From assembly GCA_025594325.1 (NCBI GenBank), contig JANHCV010000008.1, positions 310,001 to 374,000 on the forward strand: DNA of 64,000 bases. Reading direction: 5' to 3'. Of this stretch, positions 54,512 to 64,000 are shown piece after piece. The position numbers and the translations under genes are program-made. The stretch is from Blastocladiella emersonii ATCC 22665. Its lineage: Eukaryota; Fungi; Blastocladiomycota. Within the stretch, counting starts at the first letter, position 1. The number at the start of each line of letters is the position of its first letter. A model generated the notes under the pieces. That model had not been told where the DNA came from. It ran no database searches and was given only the letters and a program-made list of their open reading frames with translations.

Positions 54512-57301
54512 ATGTTACCCGTCTTACCGCGCGCATCGCGGCGGCGCATCCATGAGATCGACACGCCGCCGCCCATCTACTCGCGGCGACCGAGCCAGGG
54601 CCAGAGCGGCGGCGGCATGATGGTCGCGGCGCGGTCCGACCGCAACCTGCCGCACGCCACGAGCTTCGTCGACGACCCGATGCGGCGCGTCGACGATCTG
54701 TTCTTTGCGGCGTGTAACCGCGACTGGGAGCTCTACGCCGTCGGTACGACACTACATGCCCCATTCTCTCCGAAAGAGTGGTGTTAACATGTCACTCGTG
54801 TGTAGGTGCGAGCCTGGCGCGCTTCCGCGAGTCAAAAAAGGACCGCGAGGACTGGGCGCTGCTCGGGCGGCGCGACCAGTTCAAGCGCATCCTCGCCAAG
54901 GGTGAGCCCATGTCGCGCACCCAGCTGTTCCGTGGTCTCGCGCTGCCGTACGACCCGTGCGACGCGCTCGTCGGCATGGCGTGCCAGTCGGGCCGGTCCT
55001 TTTCCGTTGGTACATCTCGAATCGCGCTCACTCACACCAACCCGACTTGTCCCTGACCCTTAACGCATCGTAGACGCCAAGCTGCACAAGACCGACTTCT
55101 TCGGCTTTCGTCGCCCGACGTACGCCGTCGTCGACTCGGACCCATCGCCGTGGGTGTTCTCGCGCGTCGAGGCCGCGCAGATCTTCAGCGTGTACGCGGG
55201 CCCGGACCTCGACCAGGCCCTGCCCGCGCAGTTCCCCGGCAACCTCGTGATCTCGCTGTCCCGCACCGCCGCACAGGGGCTCGACCTCGACCCGGGCCAC
55301 CTGTTCTCGACCGACGACCTCGCGCTCACGCTCACGTGGGTCGACACGGACCACATCACGGGTGCCGATGACGCAGGTGAGGTTTGCGACTCGCCCGCGC
55401 TCGCGCACGCCAAGAAGACGCCGCTGTACCGGTGGGCCACGTACGCGGCGCACGACGCGGACGAGGAAGAGTCGGCGCGCGAGTCGGACGCGGAACTTTC
55501 CTCTTCATCGTCGTCGTCTCGCAGCAAGAAACGCGGCGGCGGGCGGCACCGGCGCAACCGGTCCCAGTCCATCGACTCGCAGACCTACTACTCCTCCGAC
55601 ACCCCGCCGACGCGCGATCAGTCAACGCGCGCCGCCGAATACCTGCGTGCGATCACGGCACCGCGCGCGCGGCTTCACCTTCCCGTGGCGCACGTAGCGA
55701 AAGTGACGGTCGTCAAGGAGCGCGTGGGCCGCGCGGTCATGGTGCTCGAGCTGACGCAGCCCGCGGTCGCGACGCGCGCGTGGCCGAACGCCGACCGGTG
55801 GCTGGCGAGCCCGCGCGTGTTCGTGTTCGGGTACTTTGAGGAGCTGTACTCGATGCTGCGCCGGCTCGTGTTCCTCGCGCCCGCCGTCGAGGGCATGCTG
55901 TACCGCGGCAACGTCGAGGCGTTCCGCGAGATCGGGTACGCGACAGCGTTCCCGCGCGGGTGGAGCGGCGCGGGGGAGGGCGAGGGGTTGCGGCCTGCGT
56001 CGGGTGCGGCGGCGGCGGGGCCGATGCCCGCGACGCTCGAGGAGCTCGAGGTGCTCCCCGTCCAGACGCTGTGGGAGTACGCCGAGCGCGCGGGCATCCG
56101 CCACCTCGTGCCGGCCGCCGCCGACGCGTTCACGATCGCCGAGCACCTCCTCGTCTACTGCCCGAAACCGTCGCCGCCGCCGCCTCCCGAGCTGGAACCC
56201 GAGCCCGCGCGGTCCGTGACGCCACCGAGCCCGGCGCGCTGTCCGTCGCCGCCATCGCTCAGCGAGCACCTGCCCGCGCCACGCTCCGTCGACGTCGCGC
56301 CCGTGCCGCTGCCCGTCGCGACCGCGTCTGCGTCGTCGCCCACTGAGGCGCTTCCCTCGCCGTCGCCCACCGAGGCCCCGCTCGCCTCGCCCGCGGACGT
56401 CCAGGCCGCGATCGTGGCTCGGAGCCCGAGTTCCACAGCGCTTTGGGCCCCGACCGCGAGCAAGCCGCCCGTCGAAGCCCCTGCAGTCATTGACGACGAC
56501 ATGGTCAAGGACCCGATGAAGGAGTACGAGGAGGAGACGGTCGGCGAGGCGCTGTTCGCGTTCGGTCCCGTGGACCTGAGCGACGCCAAGTTTGCGGCGG
56601 CCATGGACTCGATCCGCCGCGGCACGAGCTTCGAGCGCATCGGCCCATCCGGCATGGCCGTTCTGAGCGCCACCGTGAGCGACGCCGACGACGACGGGAG
56701 CGACGTGTCGACGCTGTCTTCCTCGCGCGGCTCGCGCAGCTCGCTCGCCGCCGAGGATACCGGGATCCAGCAGCCGCGCGCGCCGACCCCCACACCCGCG
56801 CCCAAGTCGGTCATCACGCTCGCCGCGCCGCCGCTCGGCGACGCCGCGGCGCAGCAGCAGCAGCAGGCGAGCCCCAACTCGCGGTTCCCGATCCTGTACA
56901 CGACGGCGCTGCGCGACGTCCCCGACGCCAAGCCCGTCGCGCGCCCGCTCACGCCGTTCGCGCGCGAGGCGCAGTCCGAGTCGGACGACGAGGACGAGGA
57001 CACGTCCGAGAGCGAGGATGGCAGCGCGGCCTCGGACGACGTCGCGGTGCCTGTCGTCGCAACGACGGTCCCTGTTGTCGCGGCTCCTGCCGTTGCGAAA
57101 CGGCTCGCGGCGAAACCGCTCATCGCGAAACCTGTCGTCGCGGTTCCCGATCTCGATCTCGCGGAACAGTTCATCCGCAAGTCGGCGCAGGCCGAGGGCG
57201 AGACCGCGCGCGCGCTGCTGGTGCAGGCGGCCGTGATACTGCTGTGCGGCGGGTACCTGACGGTGCAGTTCATGCGGTACCTGCTGACGGCCGACTGGTG
57301 A
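54512..57301 (+). CDS. Hypothetical protein with disordered C-half and C-terminal TM helix (tail-anchored), 2 probable introns
   Basis: ATG 54512; introns about 54743-54806 and 55009-55072 lead into ORF 55154-57301; ends LLVQAAVILLCGGYLTVQFMRYLLTADW. Confidence 0.7.
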
Positions 57302-57352
57302 TTGACGATGATGATACTATTCTCGCACATACACGAATCCATTGCATAGCAC

Positions 57353-59143
57353 TCACCCGTGCATGGCGTACTCGTCGCGCAGCGTGGGCGCGTCCTTGAT
57401 CTCCCCCGCGGCGCGCTTCTGCTGGTCCTGGAGCGATTTGAGCGCGGCCGCGGTGGACGCACCACCACCAGGCACGAGCAGCTGCTTGGACTGGGCAATC
57501 ACGTCAGCGACCTTACGCAGCGGCTCGCCCGAGTGGTGCGCGACGTGGTCGGCGATCTTCTCCCACCGCTGCTGGGTGCCGCCGGGGATCTTGTTGACGC
57601 CCGAGACGAGCGCGTGGAGCTCCTTGGCGGACCAGGGGCGCGCGCCCGTTTTCGCCGAGGTCGCGTTGGCCGCACGCAGCGCCGCGTTCTGGTGCTTGAG
57701 CGCGGCGTCAGCGGCCTCGCGCGCGTGGCGGGCGACCTCGGCGTCGAACACGGCCTTGACGGCGGCGAGCCCCGAAGGCGCGGCGGACTCGAGTTTTGCG
57801 CGGATGTCACCCAGCTCGGTCGCGTCGTCCTTGCACGTCTCGAGCAGTGACTCGAGCGCGACCAGCGTCGACTCCATCTGCTGCGACGTCGGCGGGGTGG
57901 CGGACAGGTACGTGAAATCCTTGGTGATCAGCGTCTTGATGGTCTTTTTCTCCTTCTTGACCAGGGCCTTGCGGTCGCGCTCGGCCTGCTTGGCGAGCAG
58001 GTCCTGCGCCTCGGCAAGCTTGGCGGCGGACTCGGCGCTCGGCGTGGCGGCGGTGGGGGCGGGCTGCTTGGTCGCTGCAGCGGCGGCAGCGGTACCGGGA
58101 CGCGCCGCCTTGGCCGCAGTAGCGGCGGGCGTCGACTTGGCGGTGGCAGCAGCCGCGGCAGCGGGCGCGGGCGACGGCGCGGACCCGGGCCGCCCGCCCT
58201 TCTGCTGCTGCTGCTTCGCCTTCTTAGCGAGCTTCTCGTCCTCCTTGAACTTCTTGAGGCGCGGGTCGACGGCGAGCGCGCGGTCGATGAAGATGCGGAT
58301 GCGCATGTTGTCCTCGGTCTTCTTACGCGTGCGCTCGGCCTTGTTCTTGTTCTCCATGTAGCGCTTGTGGTCGCGGTTGGACGAGGCGTCGACGTCGTCC
58401 TTGTCCTCGTACTCAAAGGAGCGCCACGACTTGGCGCCGAAGCTGTACCAGTAGTCGTAGAAGGTGTCGACGACGCGGCGCGGGCTGTCGGCGTCGCCGA
58501 ACGGGGCGGCCTTGGCGGGGTTGGGCGCGAAGCGGGCTTCGCGGTCGCACACGCGCTGCACCTCGGCGTAGAATTTGGTGGGGGATTCGGCGTACAGCGC
58601 GCGCAGCGCCGACTCGAGCGGGATCCGGTCGTCCACGCCCTTGTCGACCGAGTCGAACTGGCGCCGCTTGGCCGGGTCCGACAGCGTGTCCCAGGCCTTC
58701 TGGATGCACTTGAACACGGCGTCGTTGTCCTTGCCGCCCAGCTGCGCCGCCAGCTTGTCCGGGTGGTGCTTGAGCACGCGCGCGCGGTGCGCCGCCTTGA
58801 TCTCGTCGGGCGTCGCGCGGTACCGCTTGTCGGCGAGGCCCAGCACGCGGTAGTGGTCCTGCTGCTTCCACGCCACCGGGTCCAGCGTCAGCAGGTACTC
58901 GAGGTCCGCGTCGTCGGCGTCGTCGGCGTCGGACTCGGCGGGGAACTCGTCGACGGTGCGCGCGCCGAACAGGGCGGCGATCGCGGTCTCGTCGGTCGGG
59001 TCCGAGCGGGAGAAGAAGCGCGGCGACGCCAGGTCGAGCGGCAGCGTCCGCGGCGCCGTCAGCGACCCGACGGCGCGCGTCTTGGCCTTGAGCAGCGACG
59101 CGGGCGCGGGCGGCAGCGACACGGCGAGCGTCAGGATCGTCAT
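57353..59143 (-). CDS. ZUO1: Zuotin / DNAJC2 (MPP11) ribosome-associated J-protein with one SANT domain
   Basis: WKQQDHYRVLGL...HHPDK J-domain, SWRSFEY..RDHKRYMENKNK zuotin homology domain, 4-helix bundle, PWSAKELHALVSGVNKIPGGTQQRWEKIADHV SANT. Confidence 0.93.
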   Translation of the reverse strand: MTILTLAVSLPPAPASLLKAKTRAVGSLTAPRTLPLDLASPRFFSRSDPTDETAIAALFGARTVDEFPAESDADDADDADLEYLLTLDPVAWKQQDHYRVLGLADKRYRATPDEIKAAHRARVLKHHPDKLAAQLGGKDNDAVFKCIQKAWDTLSDPAKRRQFDSVDKGVDDRIPLESALRALYAESPTKFYAEVQRVCDREARFAPNPAKAAPFGDADSPRRVVDTFYDYWYSFGAKSWRSFEYEDKDDVDASSNRDHKRYMENKNKAERTRKKTEDNMRIRIFIDRALAVDPRLKKFKEDEKLAKKAKQQQQKGGRPGSAPSPAPAAAAAATAKSTPAATAAKAARPGTAAAAAATKQPAPTAATPSAESAAKLAEAQDLLAKQAERDRKALVKKEKKTIKTLITKDFTYLSATPPTSQQMESTLVALESLLETCKDDATELGDIRAKLESAAPSGLAAVKAVFDAEVARHAREAADAALKHQNAALRAANATSAKTGARPWSAKELHALVSGVNKIPGGTQQRWEKIADHVAHHSGEPLRKVADVIAQSKQLLVPGGGASTAAALKSLQDQQKRAAGEIKDAPTLRDEYAMHG

Positions 59144-59323
59144 GTTGCACGGGGTTCCGGTGCGTGTTGATGCGTTGCAGATGCGTCGTTGTCTCGGAGG
59201 GCGGAGGGAGCGGCGGCGTGAGTCACGCCAATCAACGAGCGAGCGACCAACGCGTCGACGCCGACGGCATCGCCCTCCCTCCCCTACCCACCGCGCACGC
59301 CGTGCCCAGGGAACTGAAAGCAA

Positions 59324-61660
59324 ATGGAAGACCTGAACGAGTGGAGCCCCGAGACCGTGGCGGGCGGCGCCGTTGGGCCCGACGACGGCGACTGGGCCGG
59401 CCCCGTCAGCTCGCGCGACGCCCTGCTCGTCGTCATCGACTGCAACGCGACCATGTTCGAGCCGCTCGTCCCGAAACCGCGCCGCGGGGCTTCAGGGGAT
59501 GTCGGCGGCGAGGATAGTCCGACCGACGACTCGGCGACGGTCGACGGCGAGGAAGAAGAGGAGGAAGAGGACGAGGCCGCGGCGCTCGACCCGAACAGCC
59601 CCAAGGCCGCGGCCGCGCGGCTCCGCAAGATCCCCTTCTTCATGGTCGTCCAGGCCCTCCTGCGCGTCCTCCAGGACCTCGCCGTCGAGTCGCCCGGCGA
59701 CCGCGTCAGCGTGTACCTCTACAACACGGTGCGTCTGCTGCTGGGCGCAGTGGGCGAGTTTCGCGAGTGCTGAATCGAGTGTGTGTAGGGCAAGAGCAAC
59801 ACGGACGTGCCGCACCTGTTCGAGTTCCAGAAGCTCGACGAGCCGGGACCCGCGTTTATTCTCAACATGTACGAGCTCGGCCAGAGTACGTCGCACCTCG
59901 CACTGCGATCGCAGTTGCCGCCGCCGACTCACTCGAGTGAGTGTTGTAGACAACATCGATCTCGCCTCGACGCTCGGCCTCGTCGACCCGAAAACCGAGG
60001 CCACCGCCAACATCACCAACGTGCTTGTCCAGTGCCTGCGCGCCTTCCGCGACAAGTACGCTCGCCCCACACTCCGCCCCTCACCCGCCTAACCCTCCCC
60101 TCCCCATCGTGTAGCAAGGCCGTCATGGGCGTGAAGCGCGTGCTGTGGGTCACCAACCAGGACACGCCGATCCCCGCGACCGACCTGGACGCGCGCCACG
60201 CCGTGCGCACGCGCATCGCCGACCTGCGCGCCTCCAACATCCGCCTCTCGCCCTACTTTGTCTCGCAGTCGTCGCGCCCCTTTGACGTGCACGCCTTCTG
60301 GACCGAGGCTCTCGGGTCCAACGACGACGACGAGGAGCAGAACTCGGCGCTCGGCAGCAGTTCAGCAGCGGCCACCTCGCAGTCCGCGTCCTCGCAAATG
60401 GACCCTGTCCTCGCCACCGAGTCCAACTACAGCATCGCGCAGGGCTACGTGCACCTGGTCCACTCGATGCAGCGGCGCGAGGCGAAACCGCGCATCGCGT
60501 TCCGCGTCCCGCTGTTCCTCACCGACACCGTGACGCTCGGCGTGCAGGGCGTGCTGCAGTACAAGAAGGCGACGAAACCGCCCGCGGTGCCCGTCGTCGC
60601 CGAGACCAACGAGCGGCTCGGCCGCGTGTCGCAGCTCCTGTGCACGGCGACCACACAGGTCCTGCAACCGACCCAGGTGCGCCGCGTGTGGGAGGTCGCG
60701 AAACACCCGGTCGCGCTGTCGGCCGACGAGCACCGCGCCCTGACCAACTTCGGCCCGCCGCACATCGCCGTGCTCGGGTTCAAGTCGCGCGACCGGCTCA
60801 AGCGCACCCACAACGTGACCCACGCCACGCTCCTGCTCCCCGACGAGACCCAGTACACGGGGTCCGTGTGCGCGTTCGCCGCACTCGTCGAGCAGCTGCA
60901 CGCGCAGAACAAGGTCGCGATTGCCCGGTACTACCCGCGGCGCGGCGGCGTGCCTCGGCTCGCGGCGCTCCTCCCGCAGTGGGAGCAGTGGGACAAGTAC
61001 GGCATGGTCCACCCGACGGGGCTCCAGGTCATCCCGCTGCCGTTCAAGGACGAGCTGCGCGCGATGCAGTGGCCCGCGCGGTCCGAGTTCCCAGAGGGAA
61101 CCGTCATCGCGGACCCAGAGACCGCTGAGCTGATCACGGACCCCGACGCGATCTGGGCGCACCAGGTCGACGCCGCGGCCGCCGCCTTCACCCCGATCTT
61201 ACGCAAGTGGCGCGTCAGCGCCTTCAACCCGCGCGACTTTGACACCCCCTCGCTCGTCCACTTCCACCACCTCCTCCACGCCAAGGCCCTCGACTGCGAG
61301 CTGCACGAGCGCCCGCTCGACGCCGTCGGCGAGACTGGGCTCGAGCCCGACTACGACACGTGGCAGACGCGGTGCGGCCGGCTCGTTCCCGACGTCAAGG
61401 AGAAGCTCAACGCCGTCGAGCCCTTGGGGTCCCGCCCGACCCCGCGCGTGCCTGGCGCGGCGAAAGCGAGCAAGGTCGTCGCCCCCGAGGGCGGGATCGA
61501 CGAGCCGTTCATGCGGTCGGTCCAGAAAAGCGGGACCATGGCCAAGTGTACCGTCGCGCAGCTCAAGGAGTTTTGTCGCGCCGCGGGGTTGCCGGTTTCC
61601 GGCGCCAAGGGGGTCCTGGTTGAGCGGATCGAGGCGTATCTCGCGGAGCGGCCCGAGTAG
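59324..61660 (+). CDS. KU70: Ku70 DNA end-binding protein (4 exons)
   Basis: RDALLVVIDCNATMF vWA start, beta-barrel (VLGFKSR..., ARYYPRRGGVPRLAALLPQ, GLQVIPLPFKDELR), C-terminal SAP (TVAQLKEFCRAAGLPVSGAKGVLVERI); introns about 59729-59788, 59887-59948 and 60056-60114. Confidence 0.93.
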
Positions 61661-62217
61661 TGATTGCGAATAGAGACGCGTTTTGATATCAGCTGTCTCG
61701 CGTCGCGCACGTGAGCTGTTCGTCGCGTCTCGCACCCAACGCGGGACGGCGGTCGGTCCTCGCGTCGCGCATCATTCACGTCGGCGGTCGATCCATCGAC
61801 ACGCGTCTCGCACTCGATCCCAGCGCGCGCCTGTTGTCCGCGGACACAGCCTTGGCATTCGTGGGCGGGAGATGCGGCGCCGTACAAAACGCGCTCGCGT
61901 CCCTCAGTTCGAGCTAAGCTCGCACCCTCGAGTTCTCACAAAACATGCGTTCTCGCGACAACCTTGCTATCGGCTCGACCTGCTCTCAGTGCACGCAATT
62001 GATGAAATAATGCGCTCACGCTCACGCTCGCTCGAGTGTAGTCGCGTTCCACGCCAGCGTCGCTCCGCCCAGCCTAACAAAATCTGCGACCGCCTCGACC
62101 AACTTGGGATAGGCTATTTGGCAACAATGTCTCGCAGCGACCGTGCGGGATTATCGACGAGCTCGCGAATCGAGCGTGGGGTCCACTCGAGCGCCGATTC
62201 AACTTTGTCAAACTTTG

Positions 62218-62583
62218 TCAAGAAAGAGTTTTTTTGATTTGGCGCTCCCGTTCATGATCAGGCGTGAAGATTGCGACGGTGGCGATGAGCGCGCAGAATG
62301 CGCCGTAAAACGGCGCAACGTCAACTCGGGACGCGAGCGCAAGGCGGAGCCACGACCTGACCCACGAGTCTCTCCAATTCAGGAGCACTGCACGGGTGTA
62401 AGCGTCCTCGGCGAGTGTATCAGGCATAGATTCGCGATGGACAGCAGGGATAGCGACAGCCGGCAAGACCCGCACGTACTGCATCAGCCCGGCCAGGTCG
62501 CTCGGGTTTTTGTGCATTTCGACCGCGAAAACAAGCACGCGCTCAATGACATGATGCAGTGTGAGTTGCGAAAAGTTATTCAT
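62218..62583 (-). pseudogene. Short remnant of the same lineage-expanded family as the 28.8 kb gene
   Basis: TLHHVIERVLVFAVEM...LMQYVRVLPAV resembles LPKVFELILVHAVD...LHFLHLMPES. Confidence 0.35.
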
Positions 62584-63223
62584 GGGCTCCGTTGTGACCT
62601 GGGGTTATGGGGAGAGACGAGAAAGCGCCGAGCTGCCCGGCGAAGACTCAAACGAATGCGTATCACGGCCCACGTGATGACATAAACGAAACGTGCGTCT
62701 CGCGCGAGACGCATCCTGCACATTTCCACCGTCAGCCTAGCAGGCAAAACCAGCGCCAACCCCGAGGTCTGACACGAAGGGCTGAAAGCGGACTTGTAGC
62801 TGCCGGGCGGAGAGACACTTCGGAGGCACTTCGGAGACGCGTCGCGAAATCACGTGTGCGGTGCGAGACGCGTTTCGCTCGCCCTCGAGGCCGCGAGTCG
62901 GCGGCACCGCCGTTGTCTCTACCGTCGAAAGATAGCTTTTTGCGAGCGCGAACTCGTTACTTGAGTGGTGCGAAGGCCAAAATTGCACTGGATCGAACTG
63001 CAGGCCTACTGCCTCGCTTCCCCGCGGCTTGTCCGAGTACACAGGTCAGTTCGCTCGACTTGCCGGCCAGCAAGTCACTGTGCGCGCTTGCACACGCACT
63101 CCACTGCACCGAAATGTCTCGGGACCTTGCACGACGACGCAGCTCAATGACATTAAACGTTTTTTGTTTACTCAATAGTTTTGCTGGAAATGGTCAGTTT
63201 CTTACGCAATAATGTAAATTGGT

Positions 63224-64000
63224 TCAAAAGTAAACAGTAAGACCGTCCTTGGGCATGAAATCAAAGGTTCCGAGTCGAACCCGCTCCATCGTGTCGCCGG
63301 CTGTGCAAAACTCGAGCCAAAGCTTGCGCATCGAAGACGGAAGTTGAAGGACAAGCGCCGTCATAGCCACCTGCGTCATATAAGCATGTCCCAAGTCGAG
63401 GAGCGCCAAATTCGGCGGGACGTGGTCCATGAGAGCAAGCACACCGGCCTCGCGCAGACCGACGCATGCAAGTCGAAGCCCAGTCAGCGTGCGAGGCAGC
63501 AAAGGCGCGAGTTGTGCGACCCCGCTGTCCATCAGTCGGTTCGAGGAGAAATCCAGTACTTGAAGCTGTGCCGGTAGGCTAGGCATAAATGGACCAAGAA
63601 TCTCTTTCGTAAGCCCATTCTCTGCGAGCCCAAGCGCCTGGAGTTTACGCGGCAGCAGCGGGACGAGTGCGGCGAATCCGCTTGCGCCAAGGTGGCATCC
63701 GCTCAGGGTGAGCTCCTGCAGATGACTTGTCAAGTTCCGACCAAGGGCTTCGACCGCGGTAGCGTCCAGAAGCGTTCCAGTGAGATCGAGACGCTCGAGC
63801 AAAGGAGGGAAGAGCCGAAAGATCGCGTTCGGTGACAGACCGCCAAGTTGGACGCTACGAAGCGACAGCGAGCGCAATCCGGACGGGAGCGGGGAAGGGT
63901 GGTGCGCGTCGGCCTCGTTTTCGGCGGCTGGCGCGCCCTCGCACACCCAGTTGCTGTCGAGCGTGAGCGAGGTGACGGTTTCGGGAAGGCCAAGGGCACA
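63224..64000 (-). CDS. RNI-like leucine-rich repeat protein, 5' end outside the window
   Basis: Repeats LPSGLRSLSLRSVQLG, LERLDLTGTLL, LQELTLSGCHLG, LQALGLAENGL, LQVLDFSSNRL. Confidence 0.85.
   Translation of the reverse strand, partial: CALGLPETVTSLTLDSNWVCEGAPAAENEADAHHPSPLPSGLRSLSLRSVQLGGLSPNAIFRLFPPLLERLDLTGTLLDATAVEALGRNLTSHLQELTLSGCHLGASGFAALVPLLPRKLQALGLAENGLTKEILGPFMPSLPAQLQVLDFSSNRLMDSGVAQLAPLLPRTLTGLRLACVGLREAGVLALMDHVPPNLALLDLGHAYMTQVAMTALVLQLPSSMRKLWLEFCTAGDTMERVRLGTFDFMPKDGLTVYF

Noticed and set aside
57300-57358. Extra zuotin exon downstream of GTGAGT
   Set aside because: No SANT-like sequence in the downstream minus-strand frames I could check; kept only as a testable caveat.
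1480-60114. Short introns as an Introner family
   Set aside because: The introns share only GTACGT/GTGCGT donors, branch-like CTAAC/CTGAC and (T)GTAG acceptors; their interiors are unrelated and show no TIRs or TSDs.
1-64000. rRNA, tRNA or viral hallmark genes
   Set aside because: No tRNA cloverleaf with A/B boxes, no rRNA signatures, and no capsid, polymerase or integrase motifs recognised.

Overview
A 64 kb window from a GC-rich eukaryote with short (about 55-75 nt) GT..AG introns. It is most likely a flagellated zoosporic fungus such as a Blastocladiomycota species; this is inferred from fungal-type GET5/COA2 architectures next to a CSPP1-like ciliary gene. Two compact core-gene blocks flank a visibly less GC-rich, roughly 41 kb accessory island (about 11.9-52.9 kb). 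The left block (1-11.7 kb) holds a hypothetical gene, CSPP1-like, an EcKL/choline-kinase-like gene, COA2-like, a single-module ZPR1, RNF121-like, FIP1 and GET5. The right block (52.9-61.7 kb) holds a 4-TM protein, a tail-anchored protein, DNAJC2/zuotin and KU70. The island contains a tandem family of orphan 7-TM GPCR-like genes, two germ-cell-less-like BTB genes, a cytochrome P450, ankyrin/LRR-like relics, a decayed DUF4470 gene and a triplicated convergent two-gene cassette. It also holds three internally deleted non-canonical Helitron (Helitron2/Helentron-type) derivatives, one with both termini intact, and four copies of a roughly 200-240 bp fold-back element. In that element the arms differ between copies but the apex motif (TGCCCTGATAACCC) is almost invariant. 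The strongest novelty candidates are the fold-back family, the intact mini-Helentron, the triplicated cassette and the orphan 7-TM cluster. Family assignments come from remembered motifs, with no database searches. No rRNA, tRNA or CRISPR was seen.
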